Positions 7,476 through 16,664 of a DNA stretch of 23,904 bases are shown here, piece after piece. This stretch comes from an uncultured virus (IMG/VR IMGVR_UViG_3300031952_000012). Its lineage: Duplodnaviria; Heunggongvirae; Uroviricota; Caudoviricetes. Positions within the stretch are counted from its first letter, which is position 1; the number at the start of each line of letters is the position of its first letter. The notes under the pieces are model-generated. The model was not told where the DNA came from. It made no database searches and saw nothing but the letters and a program-made list of their open reading frames with translations. Location of the stretch: IMG/VR virus record IMGVR_UViG_3300031952_000012; one strand, 5' to 3'. The translations under genes and the position numbers were made by a program.

Positions 7476-7817
7476 TCATACGGCGATCTTCTTTTTGAAT
7501 CTGCCGAGCACATCGATTTGTCGCTCTCGATAGTGCTCTTTCAAATGTTGCGAGTGAGTCGTGACAATCAAATTCTCGAGACGGTTATCCCAACACCTGC
7601 CATTCTTATGATGCACGTCTTCTTCGGTTTTCAATTTGCGTCCGAGATGACACTCCATCATGAAGCGATGCTCTAAAATATATCCGCGCCGGCCAACCAA
7701 AACCTCGACGTACCCATCGTCCCGAATTTTGTATTTCCGTTTCGGGTGCCGTTGTCGAATTGCGTGCCGCAAAACTTTTAGAAATGACGGCCCCAATTTC
7801 GCCGGGCGTTTTCTCAT
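7476..7817 (-). CDS. Free-standing HNH (HNH_3-type) homing endonuclease
   Basis: Motif YILEHRFMME.HLGRKL...DVHHKNG...DNRLENL...HSQH. The likely start is ATG 7817 (ATGA overlap), giving 113 aa. Confidence 0.85.
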   Translation of the reverse strand: MRKRPAKLGPSFLKVLRHAIRQRHPKRKYKIRDDGYVEVLVGRRGYILEHRFMMECHLGRKLKTEEDVHHKNGRCWDNRLENLIVTTHSQHLKEHYRERQIDVLGRFKKKIAV

Positions 7818-8752
7818 AGCGCGGTTGCACGCTTTCCGTTTCGCCAAACCCAACCAGGAATTCCCCAGTCTCGTTTCCATGGCGACACAACCGCGCGGTC
7901 GTTCGGTCGATTGGGCGGGAATGCCCACTCTTGACCTTGCAATGATTCGGGTATCGCTTCGCCTTTCGGTGTCGCGGGCGGCATGAAAAACATTTCTCCG
8001 ACGCCCGCGACCTGCCCGTGCATTGCGAGTGAATCGATTGCCACTCTATCGTCATACGGGTTCCCGTCCTCGTCGACCATTTCCTCCCACTGCATTTTCA
8101 TTCCGGGAACTTCACGCGCTGTGTCTTCAATAGCGTCTCGGTGCGAAGCATTGTATGCCCACGCTGTTTCTGTACGGACTATTCTTTCAGCCTGCCACCA
8201 CTCGCCCTCGATGGCGGGGAGCACACGCCCGATTGCTTGGTCTTGATTCTCTCCCGTGAGCAGTGACATGGCGAGCTCTCGCTCAACCGCCTTCACGGTC
8301 TGTGCGCCATGTTTTGCCATGCTGCTCTCGTGCATGCGAAGCAAAGAGGTCTTTCTTTTGTCGATGATTCCGTAGAACCTCGACGCTTCCTCGAGGGGCA
8401 ATTCAATCGTGGCGCCCGTGAACTTCTTCTCGAGTCGCCCGACGTCCTTCAAGAGCCCGCTCACCGCTTCCTTCTGCGCCTCTCGCGTGACCGACCCGAG
8501 CTCGGCCGCCATCTTCGCCGATAGCGTTGCCTGCCCGTCTTTGATTTGAGCGAGTGCGAACCGCATTTGATGCGTGGTGAAAGTGTCCGCGCCGCGACCT
8601 AGTTGAGCTCTGAGCTTCGCCTCTTGCTCTATCGCGGCCTCGTGATACATGCGGCTGAGAGGGAATACGCCTCGGCGCATAGAGAGACGGAGGAGTCGTT
8701 GCCGATGCTCCTCCATCACTTGCTGATAGTACTTTTTTTTCGCCGATGCCAC
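7814..8752 (-). CDS. Minor head / head morphogenesis protein (Mu gpF / SPP1 gp7-like)
   Basis: Motifs 'AERIVRTETAWAYN', 'DDRV..DSLAMHGQV' and 'PPNRPNDR'. The last aligns with the family PPxHPxCRC motif but lacks the Cys/His residues. Confidence 0.8.
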   Translation of the reverse strand: MASAKKKYYQQVMEEHRQRLLRLSMRRGVFPLSRMYHEAAIEQEAKLRAQLGRGADTFTTHQMRFALAQIKDGQATLSAKMAAELGSVTREAQKEAVSGLLKDVGRLEKKFTGATIELPLEEASRFYGIIDKRKTSLLRMHESSMAKHGAQTVKAVERELAMSLLTGENQDQAIGRVLPAIEGEWWQAERIVRTETAWAYNASHRDAIEDTAREVPGMKMQWEEMVDEDGNPYDDRVAIDSLAMHGQVAGVGEMFFMPPATPKGEAIPESLQGQEWAFPPNRPNDRAVVSPWKRDWGIPGWVWRNGKRATAL

Positions 8753-8761
8753 GTGCCCCTC

Positions 8762-10552
8762 TTACTCCGAAAAAATTCGATTGAAGAAGTTTGCGTCGGT
8801 CGCAACCTTGCCGGGCAATGCTCGCAATGCGGCGAGCGATAATGCGGTTGTTCCGTCGATAGAAAAATCGCCGAGAGCGTTACCGCTCATTATGGTATTG
8901 GCTGCCACACCAACATTGTTAAAAGCGCCACCCATTGCATTTCCCGGAAGTGGATATGCGAGATTGACACCCCAACCAGCGTTATTGCTAATGTCGACAT
9001 TTGCACCGATTGCAATGTTGTTATAGGGGCACGTGATACGAATTGCATCGGAGAGTCCGTCAATAATTTTAGTGCTTGCCGCAAGCACTAACGAATTGAA
9101 GCCACGACTGCCCGATTGAATTGAACCCCATGTCGAGAGATCAAATGCAACAGACTTGCATCCCGAGATTGTTGTGACCGAGAATGCCAAACCATATCCA
9201 TGATTGCCTATGCGAAAAATCGTGCTGTTATTCCGCAGCACCACGTCATTAAAATTCAAAAAGGCATTTCCGCCATAAGCTATATCGAAAACCGGAAAAT
9301 TCAGCGTATCAAAATCCTGTATTACTGTGCCGTTTGAAAAGAACACATATGAACCTTCGTTCTTTATGGCCAAAGATCTCTGACCCAGCCCTGGTTGAAT
9401 AAAACTCGCCGATACATCGGCGATAATGCCAGCGCCGAAATTCATACCGGAATTGGCATTCACTGCGCTATCATGAACATTATACTGAAAGGTTGCTGTC
9501 GAGCCTTTCATTAAATAGCATTCAATTGTTTTTGTACCTGAAGATCTCGATTGCAAATAACAACTAGTTACATATATTTTAGCCATCCCATAAGCTGTAA
9601 TGACGCCCGTACAACCAGTCTGCACAGTGTGCCCGATTAACTGCAAAGCGCTGATTTCAATTCCGCGAATGCTGGAGAGCCTTACTCTATGATCTGAAAT
9701 TTTTAATCTGATCGGGTCTCCGTTGGGTGTTCCACTTGGCTGAACAATTGCTGCGGGCATAACTAACTCGAACGTGCACCCGTTACATGCCGCTATAAAA
9801 GAGTTGGTCGCGCAGACTTCGAGAGTGTCAATTGTATTTGATGCAATCGGAAAATATTTTCCGATCTGTGTACCGCTAGTCAATTTCACAAACTTCTTTT
9901 GGAGATCATTGACCGCCCAACCTGCGCCCGCGCTCGTTACGAATTTTCCGCTGACGCTTGTAAACGTTCCCGTCTGAATTCCTGTCGCTGGCGTGATCGC
10001 GGCCCAATCTTGACCGGCGATTTTCAATGTGACATTCGAGCTCTGAATATGCGTTGTGATCTCGATTGACTCAACGTAGGTTCCCGCTTTGATGTTGATT
10101 GTGAAATTGTGACTGAGCACGTGCGGGATGAGCGCGGTCGCGGCACCAATAGTTTTGAATGGCGCAAGAGCCGTTCCCGCGTTCGCATCGTTTCCAAGAA
10201 CCGCATCGACCCAGTATGTTGCGTCTGCCTGTGACACTATCTGTGAAGCGACGAGAATCCCAGAGAGCCGTGTCGTCGGCAATGTCCCCGACGTTTGCGT
10301 CAATGGAAGATTGCCCGATATCTGCGAGACGTTCACGGGTGGATTCTGTTGCGTCGAGATCGGATTGATTCCAACACCGGGAACGGCAGTGATTTTCAAA
10401 ATGCTATCGACGACCTGCGCGCCGCCGAGATTGGCAACGATATTTGCTTCGGTATCCTCGAATACAATTCCTTGTCCCGGGCGTAAAATTCCATAGTAGG
10501 GGTACGGAAGCGATATCGCAGCGCCGGAAATGTTCGTGATCATCATTGCCAT
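8762..10552 (-). CDS. Fibre/spike-like protein with a DUF1565-like cap and right-handed beta-helix (pectin-lyase-like fold)
   Basis: 'YWVDAVLGNDANAGTALAPFKTIGAA...TINIKAGTYVESI' cap motif and Asn/Gly/Ile-rich repeats ('ISNNAGWGV'). RBS AGGAG. Confidence 0.7.
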   Translation of the reverse strand: MAMMITNISGAAISLPYPYYGILRPGQGIVFEDTEANIVANLGGAQVVDSILKITAVPGVGINPISTQQNPPVNVSQISGNLPLTQTSGTLPTTRLSGILVASQIVSQADATYWVDAVLGNDANAGTALAPFKTIGAATALIPHVLSHNFTINIKAGTYVESIEITTHIQSSNVTLKIAGQDWAAITPATGIQTGTFTSVSGKFVTSAGAGWAVNDLQKKFVKLTSGTQIGKYFPIASNTIDTLEVCATNSFIAACNGCTFELVMPAAIVQPSGTPNGDPIRLKISDHRVRLSSIRGIEISALQLIGHTVQTGCTGVITAYGMAKIYVTSCYLQSRSSGTKTIECYLMKGSTATFQYNVHDSAVNANSGMNFGAGIIADVSASFIQPGLGQRSLAIKNEGSYVFFSNGTVIQDFDTLNFPVFDIAYGGNAFLNFNDVVLRNNSTIFRIGNHGYGLAFSVTTISGCKSVAFDLSTWGSIQSGSRGFNSLVLAASTKIIDGLSDAIRITCPYNNIAIGANVDISNNAGWGVNLAYPLPGNAMGGAFNNVGVAANTIMSGNALGDFSIDGTTALSLAALRALPGKVATDANFFNRIFSE

Positions 10553-10588
10553 TTGCGTGTCTCCTATCGTGAGTTTATGAAAGCGTAT

Positions 10589-10972
10589 TTATTTATCGCC
10601 CTCGGGCGTGACCTGCGAAGAGTCGACGCCTTCCTCTCTCGCCTCTTCATGAACGTTGTCATGACAACTTGCACAGATAGTGACAAGGTTCTCGAGCGTG
10701 CTCTTGTGCCCCATCTGGCTGAGCCATTTCGATTTGACGATGCCGCCCTTATGGTGCACGCCGATGTTTTCTTTTCCGCCGCAAACCTTGCACGTATATT
10801 TGTCGCGCCGCATCACTCCCAGTACTAGCGACGAAGAGAGCCCGCCTTCGCCGTCCGACTCGAGAGTCGTTCCCGCCTTGGCTGCTTCTTTGCGAATGCT
10901 GGCGAGCGCCTTCTCTTCCTCGGGCGACGTTTTCTTTTTGCTCTTCACATACTGTGCAAGTTCTTTGCTCAT
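10589..10972 (-). CDS. HNH endonuclease with Zn ribbon (HK97 gp74-like type)
   Basis: Motif RRDKYTCKVCG...VHH...ENLVTICASCHDNVH. Confidence 0.8.
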   Translation of the reverse strand: MSKELAQYVKSKKKTSPEEEKALASIRKEAAKAGTTLESDGEGGLSSSLVLGVMRRDKYTCKVCGGKENIGVHHKGGIVKSKWLSQMGHKSTLENLVTICASCHDNVHEEAREEGVDSSQVTPEGDK

Positions 10973-11385
10973 GCGCCCTCGCTCAATTGTGTCGCGACCT
11001 GTTCGGTAATAGTTTCCTTCGGTCCTTTGTCGATCTCAACTAAACACCACGATGGCGCTTTCGCCGCTTCGACTTCGAGCTCTTTCTCGCAACTCTTGCA
11101 CGCGTAGGCGCGCCCCATCGCAACAAATTTGCCATAGGTGAAATCGACCATCGGCACTTGCCCATCATTCTCGCGGGCGAGTTGCAATAGGAATTGTGGC
11201 GAGCGGCGAGAGACCTCTTTGATATCGCCGAACGTTCGCACGCAGACCTCAGCGGGCGCCCCACATTTATCGCAGGCGCGACCACCGAAAGCGTATTTGA
11301 TATGCGCTTCCTTTGGCGTCATCTGCCCGCCCATAAAAGTTTTGAGGTGATACGTCTTGCCCTGCCTCTGTCGTTTGACTGCCAT
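10969..11385 (-). CDS. Hypothetical Zn-finger protein
   Basis: CDKC and CKSC pairs. Likely start ATG 11385 after the RBS AGGGAG (138 aa). Confidence 0.6.
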   Translation of the reverse strand: MAVKRQRQGKTYHLKTFMGGQMTPKEAHIKYAFGGRACDKCGAPAEVCVRTFGDIKEVSRRSPQFLLQLARENDGQVPMVDFTYGKFVAMGRAYACKSCEKELEVEAAKAPSWCLVEIDKGPKETITEQVATQLSEGA

Positions 11386-11399
11386 GATTTTTTTCTCCC

Positions 11400-11861
11400 T
11401 TACGACTGGTGCACTACTCTCTCCCCGTACACATGACCGATATAATCCCACGCCACCGAGAATGGACCAACCCCAAATCGAATCGCTCTGTCATCGATGA
11501 AGAGGTCGACGCTCGGCTTCCCGCCCGCGCCATCATCGATTGCGTCAAACACTCCTGGTAAATATCTCGAGATGAAGTCGAGCATTTGTTTCGCGCGCGC
11601 TTGATGAATCGGCAGACTGCTATCGCGCCACCACTCGAGGTTGACTTTCTTTTTGCCGACCTTGACGAGCGGGTCGAGCGAAGGGTCGACGAGCAACGCG
11701 CTGCTCAACCGACCCGACCATAAAATCAAAAGATGCCCCGCCGCTTTGAGCTCAAGCAACGCCTCTCGCGCGCCGGGATTGAATTGCAACGGCGACTCGA
11801 GATCGTCGTACGCGCGATCCTGATTGACGATGACGCCATCGAAGTCGACCGCAATGATCAT
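11400..11861 (-). CDS. HAD-superfamily phosphatase
   Basis: Motif I IIAVDFDGVI, motif II LWSGR, motifs III/IV GKPSVDLFIDDRA. Start ATG 11861 (TGATG overlap). Confidence 0.85.
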   Translation of the reverse strand: MIIAVDFDGVIVNQDRAYDDLESPLQFNPGAREALLELKAAGHLLILWSGRLSSALLVDPSLDPLVKVGKKKVNLEWWRDSSLPIHQARAKQMLDFISRYLPGVFDAIDDGAGGKPSVDLFIDDRAIRFGVGPFSVAWDYIGHVYGERVVHQS

Positions 11862-12217
11862 CACATCTCCTGAGGAACGCACGCGTGAACGACCGCGATG
11901 AATAGCGCATCTTTTCTCCGGTCGTTCTCAGTCAACATCGAGTACGGGAGAATCGACGGATGCTCTTTCTTTGCGGCGTTGCTGACGATGCCGTATTTCC
12001 AACCGTCCTTTTCTTTTCGATGCAGCCAATTCTCATGCGCGCGCTCGGCAAGGGAAACACCGGGATTCTCGAGCAGGAAGATGACGCCTTCGATTGTCGC
12101 TTGTCTCATCCAATCGGGCGCGTCCTCCCATCTCGGCGACGTTGTCTCGCCGATCACCTCTCGATAGGCGCGGTTCGTCTCATGACAGATCTTTGCGATA
12201 TGCTCGACGTTCATCAT
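11861..12217 (-). CDS. RyR-domain protein
   Basis: AHENWLHRKEKDGWKYG....AKKEHPSILPYSMLTENDRRKD matches the RyR repeat signature. Confidence 0.85.
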   Translation of the reverse strand: MMNVEHIAKICHETNRAYREVIGETTSPRWEDAPDWMRQATIEGVIFLLENPGVSLAERAHENWLHRKEKDGWKYGIVSNAAKKEHPSILPYSMLTENDRRKDALFIAVVHACVPQEM

Positions 12218-14157
12218 GACATGTCTCCCGGCGGCGGCTCTTGTAGCTCTGAAGGTCGAATATCAATCGCGTTAATGATCTCACTGGCGGTGCTTTCTGA
12301 GAACGACATTGGAAACGCCCCGGTAATAACGGAGACAGCGGCTTCTCTCGAGAGCAGACCTGATTGAACGGACATGAGGATCTGCAAGAGACTGGCGATC
12401 TGCGCGCCGTTGAGAGCGGTCGATTGAATGTCCTTCTCGATCTCCGCTTCGTGCGTCTCTGGTTTTTGCGTTGACAATTCCTGGTTTCTAATGCTAGGCA
12501 TTCTGCCTAGCATCATGTTCTCGAGTTCGGCGTCTTTCTCGAACCGCTCCGACTTCAACTTCTTCAACATTCCCTGCGCATCTTCGATATGGAAATACTC
12601 GGCGACGAATTTCGTCGCGTGCTCATCGTCGATAAGCCCACTCATTTTTGCATTGCCCGCTGCGCTCGTCGCCGCTGTGACGTCTGTGAGAGTCGGGTCG
12701 AAGTACTGTGGCCATTGCAATTTGAGAGAGTAATTCGGACCGGCACCGAGCACGCGCGGCTTCTGAATCGAGACACCGTTCTCGTTTTTCGTGACGCTTG
12801 GCGGGAGATTGATGGTCTGTTTTAGGACCGACCCGTCCTCTTGCACGCTCCCCGCGCCGAGTTTCTGAATCGCCTTAATCATGTCGAGGATGAGAGGCTT
12901 CACGCCACGTTCTCCGTACTGCTCACGCATGACGTCGGCCTTGGCGAGCATGCTCGAGAACGCTCTCTCGATCTCTGTCGCCGTACGCTGTGACTGCTCG
13001 GGGTGCTCTAGCACGCACTGTGCGACCTCGAGAGCGTGCTTGCGAAGCATTTCGATCTTGCTCATTGCGATCTCGATGCCCTGCCCTGTGATCTCGAGGT
13101 ACTTCGCATCGCCGTTCGGAATGTGAAGCGCGTTATCGCTTCCCTTGATGATCTCGTCCATGCGAGCGACCGAGGTAATCACGAGGGTAGGATCGCAATT
13201 CGCCTGCGTGCCTTTTAATCCGCTCGACATGAGCGCATCGATTGCCTCGATGAGCGGATAGATGCCCTGACAATCGGGGTCGCCATCGATATCGTCTTGC
13301 ACCGGGAGGTTTTGCACCCATCGCACCGGGCAGAAACCGAAACCGTGAACGACTTCCTTTCGCGCGAGGTTCTCCCAATCGGGCTCTTCGCCATCGTCGA
13401 CGGGAACAGGATCCCAGAGCACGTCCGATGTTTTCGTGATGACGCGCCGATACCAGAAATCAATTGGCTGCCTGATTCCCGTTCTCGGGTCGAGAATCTC
13501 TTTCGTGAACATGTGTCGCTTCTCGATCGATTTGAGCACGAGCTCGAGCTCGTCTTCAAAGTCCGGGATCATCCAACGCGGGTCGTGAATCTCGATTCGA
13601 GGAAGCCCATCGATAAATTGAAACCCGATGACGACCGTCCCCATCGCGCCCCCGTACTCGCGGGCGAGCATCATGAGCGGCCAAAGGCGCGCCTCTTCGA
13701 CCAATGCGCCGACGAAATCTTCGGTGAGCGGATCGCCCTCGATACGAATTTGAGGGTGATGACGCTCTGAGAAAAGCAATCCCGAGAATCTATCGACGAT
13801 GACTTTTGGGAGAGCATAGGGCGCGGTTGGCTTTCTGAACTTGTTCGGCATCGCGCTTGTCAACATCGATTGAAAGCCGGGCGGGAGAAATCCTTTTGTC
13901 GCTATCGCCTCGATCTCGATCGGGTCGATGACCTCGTTGCCGTTCCAGTCGCATTTCCTCGTATCGTAATGCTGGCATCGATACCAGGCCCACAACCAAT
14001 TCAATTCTTGCTGACGCGGCGTCAGACCGAGTCTTGCGATGCGTTGATTGGTGACTGCCTGCGCGGCGCGATCGCCGAGTCGCCCGCCGAGTTTTTGCGC
14101 GATCGCTCCCACTAGTCTGCTCACTCGGCCCATATCGACGCGGGTTGCGCTGCTCAT
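12214..14157 (-). CDS. Portal protein (probably SPP1 gp6-like) with C-terminal extension
   Basis: 647 aa after the terminase. Segments 'LPKVIVDRFSGLLF', 'VVHGFGFCPVRWVQN' and 'LKLQWPQYFDPT'. Confidence 0.85.
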   Translation of the reverse strand: MSSATRVDMGRVSRLVGAIAQKLGGRLGDRAAQAVTNQRIARLGLTPRQQELNWLWAWYRCQHYDTRKCDWNGNEVIDPIEIEAIATKGFLPPGFQSMLTSAMPNKFRKPTAPYALPKVIVDRFSGLLFSERHHPQIRIEGDPLTEDFVGALVEEARLWPLMMLAREYGGAMGTVVIGFQFIDGLPRIEIHDPRWMIPDFEDELELVLKSIEKRHMFTKEILDPRTGIRQPIDFWYRRVITKTSDVLWDPVPVDDGEEPDWENLARKEVVHGFGFCPVRWVQNLPVQDDIDGDPDCQGIYPLIEAIDALMSSGLKGTQANCDPTLVITSVARMDEIIKGSDNALHIPNGDAKYLEITGQGIEIAMSKIEMLRKHALEVAQCVLEHPEQSQRTATEIERAFSSMLAKADVMREQYGERGVKPLILDMIKAIQKLGAGSVQEDGSVLKQTINLPPSVTKNENGVSIQKPRVLGAGPNYSLKLQWPQYFDPTLTDVTAATSAAGNAKMSGLIDDEHATKFVAEYFHIEDAQGMLKKLKSERFEKDAELENMMLGRMPSIRNQELSTQKPETHEAEIEKDIQSTALNGAQIASLLQILMSVQSGLLSREAAVSVITGAFPMSFSESTASEIINAIDIRPSELQEPPPGDMS

Positions 14158-14738
14158 GTCGGTTGCCTTTCTGTGGGCACTCGATACCGCAGGCCCTTGA
14201 TTTTCAATTTCGCGAGTTTGACTCGAATGAGATCGCGTTTGAGTTGCGATTCGTAGTCGGTGAGCACGGTGCCTGAGAGATGATCCATTTCGTGCTGGAT
14301 CGAGATCGCCAACGCCCCATCGCCCCCGATCTCAATTGCGTGACCGTCTAGACCAACGCCGGATAACGCTACAACGCTCGCCCTTTTGATTTTTACGACA
14401 TGATTGGGGAAAGATAAGCACCGCTCCTCTGAAATCAACTGAGCCCCGTTTAGGAGCTTGAGCGAGGGATTGACGATCGGGATGATTTCCTCGATGTCTG
14501 CCTTGCCTTCTGGTTGGCTGTGCTTGACTCGGATAGCGATGACGTTCACGAGCTCTCCGAATTGCGGCGCCGACAATCCCGAGCCGCCGAAACAAGCGAG
14601 CGTCTCGACGAGATCAGTCATGAGCGTTCGCAACCAGCAAACGTTTCCTTTGCGCAATAGGTCGAGGTGAATCTCGTCGACGGGCTCGCACCTCGACTCG
14701 AGTTTAGTCGTCGGCCAAATGAGCACGGGTCGAATCAC
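14154..14738 (-). CDS. def: Peptide deformylase-like protein
   Basis: All three PDF motifs are present: GSGLSAPQ, ERCLS (canonical EGCLS) and QHEMDHL, plus a basic C-terminal helix. Confidence 0.85.
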   Translation of the reverse strand: MIRPVLIWPTTKLESRCEPVDEIHLDLLRKGNVCWLRTLMTDLVETLACFGGSGLSAPQFGELVNVIAIRVKHSQPEGKADIEEIIPIVNPSLKLLNGAQLISEERCLSFPNHVVKIKRASVVALSGVGLDGHAIEIGGDGALAISIQHEMDHLSGTVLTDYESQLKRDLIRVKLAKLKIKGLRYRVPTERQPT

Positions 14739-15148
14739 TACTCACCTCTCGCGATGATTTTATCGGCGACGAGGTCGAGTTTCTGCACGAGCTCGACAAT
14801 GCGATCGACTTCGTTGAGCACCGCGAGTCGACCGTCGACGTCTGATTTTGCCTGCGTATCGTACGCCTTCATCGAGATCGCTTGCGCGTGTCCGAGCAAG
14901 AGAATCGAGAGTTGACGCGCCGAGCATTTCATATCGAGCGCAAGCGGGTCGGGATGAAGTGCTTGATTCGAACGAGCGCGAGTGGCATTCAAGAGCTTAT
15001 TCGCCATCGATATCACGGCGCTCGGCACAGGCGGAATGAGATCCATGGTTTTCAAGACGCAATTGAGACAGCGAATCTCGCCGAGCTTTTCGCAATATTG
15101 CCCCTCTTTGACGGGCGCTTCGCAGTCTATACAAACTTTTTCTGACAT
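14738..15148 (-). CDS. Hypothetical protein (N-terminal Cys cluster, C-terminal coiled coil)
   Basis: RBS AGGAGGGGG; CxxC...C...CxxC; 136 aa. Confidence 0.65.
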   Translation of the reverse strand: MSEKVCIDCEAPVKEGQYCEKLGEIRCLNCVLKTMDLIPPVPSAVISMANKLLNATRARSNQALHPDPLALDMKCSARQLSILLLGHAQAISMKAYDTQAKSDVDGRLAVLNEVDRIVELVQKLDLVADKIIARGE

Positions 15149-15167
15149 TGATTCCCCCTCCTGAAAA

Positions 15168-16664
15168 TCATCGCGACATCAAATCGATATAGCCTGATTT
15201 TACCTTCACGTCACCAATGCGAACGCCCTCGCGTGCGAACCACATCGCCATCAGACAATCGCCAGTATGAGCGTTCACGTCGTAATTGCATATTTCGTTT
15301 ACAAGCGGTTCGAGCGAGGCGTGCACTCGGCCGTTGCTACTGGGTATCGACCACTTGCCCATTGCCATTTCGGTCGAGAGAGACTCGACACCAAAATCGG
15401 GATGAACTTTATTGTTACCCGTGGTGAAAGGGATGATTGGAATAACTCCCAATTGAGCCTGACCGAATTGTCCCATCTCGTGGGCGAATTGCACAATGTA
15501 ATCTTGCGCCGCGTTGTTCTCGACGACACAGATTGATTGATAGCGCCGCTGAATGTCGAACAAGCGTTTGAGAATATCAATGCCCTTCCACTTCCCTCTC
15601 TCGACGTTGATGATTTCCCGGCACCCGTTTTGATAAACGAGAATCGTCACCATCGCGGTGAAGTCGTTCGCATCGCCTCTCTTGACGGCGAGGTCGACGC
15701 CCGTATAGACGCGGCATCCGTACGGGATGATGTCGAGCTGGAACGTGAGCGCTCTGCCCTCGCCATTCTTGAGCGCGATATCGAGCCACTCCTTTTTGAA
15801 CCTCGCCTCGGAATCGTCGCGCGCTATGCAGTCGAGTTTTCGCGGCGCTTGAATCGGGCCGAGCTCTTGACGCTTGAGTGCGATGCGCTCCTCGGACCAT
15901 TGGTCGGGCCACCGAGGTTTCCCATTCTCGTCTGTGATTGGATATCGAAATGCTTTCCATGCCGGCGTCTTTGCCAGGCGGTGCATGAAATCATCGGGAT
16001 GCCAGGCGGTGCCGACACAAATCACTCGCGCATTTTCTGTGAGGCGGTCGACGAGCGTTGACTCGTACCAATCCCAAAGGTCATCGCGCGCGCGTTTCGT
16101 TCTCGTGTTCTCGAAGTCGAGTAGGTCGTCGAGAATGAGGAGATCGATTCTCGCGCCCGTGATGTTTCCGTGAATGCCGCACGCGAAGACCGTCGGATCC
16201 TTTGAAAATACTTTGCGCTTCACCTGCATTTCAGTGTTGTTCCACGGCTCGTCGGGCAAGAGATCGGGAAAGATCTCGTGAAGCGTTTCCGATTTCTCGA
16301 TGTACTGCTGGATCGCATAACCGATTTTCACTGCCTGCGCCGAGGTGTTGCTAACGATTGCTACTCGCAACGCGGGATCGCTACCGATGGCAAAGAGAGT
16401 TCGCCCTATCGAGAGTTGGTTTGTCTTGCCGCTCTCGACGTGACTCCAGATAAGCAATCGATTGTGGCGATTGGCGAGCGAGTGCCAATGATTCTGCGGG
16501 ATGCTCTGTTGGATACGCTGACCCGTGCGCTCGTTGCGCAACACGGCCTGATTGAAGACGGCCGGAACCGTTCGGGCGAGCTCTAACTCTACTTGTCTTG
16601 CCGCCCGCGTCGCTCCCTTGAATAGGTCCGACCGCGAGTTAGTGAACTGGGTTGCCGGCGCCAT
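15168..16664 (-). CDS. terL: Terminase large subunit
   Basis: Walker A SHVESGKT, Walker B LLILDD, coupling motif VGTAWH, and RNase-H-like nuclease residues TGVDLA, NDFTA, VENN and GDCLMA. The likely start is ATG 16664; the ORF track uses GTG 16715. Confidence 0.92.
   Translation of the reverse strand: MAPATQFTNSRSDLFKGATRAARQVELELARTVPAVFNQAVLRNERTGQRIQQSIPQNHWHSLANRHNRLLIWSHVESGKTNQLSIGRTLFAIGSDPALRVAIVSNTSAQAVKIGYAIQQYIEKSETLHEIFPDLLPDEPWNNTEMQVKRKVFSKDPTVFACGIHGNITGARIDLLILDDLLDFENTRTKRARDDLWDWYESTLVDRLTENARVICVGTAWHPDDFMHRLAKTPAWKAFRYPITDENGKPRWPDQWSEERIALKRQELGPIQAPRKLDCIARDDSEARFKKEWLDIALKNGEGRALTFQLDIIPYGCRVYTGVDLAVKRGDANDFTAMVTILVYQNGCREIINVERGKWKGIDILKRLFDIQRRYQSICVVENNAAQDYIVQFAHEMGQFGQAQLGVIPIIPFTTGNNKVHPDFGVESLSTEMAMGKWSIPSSNGRVHASLEPLVNEICNYDVNAHTGDCLMAMWFAREGVRIGDVKVKSGYIDLMSR

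Noticed and set aside
7400..7817. Group I intron around the HNH gene
   Set aside because: The flanking genes appear complete and no intron core was recognisable, so it is read as a free-standing endonuclease.
16420..16450. Unusual terminase Walker A (SHVESGKT) as a sign of inactivation
   Set aside because: GKT, Walker B and the nuclease acidic residues are intact, and terminase P-loops are known to be variable.
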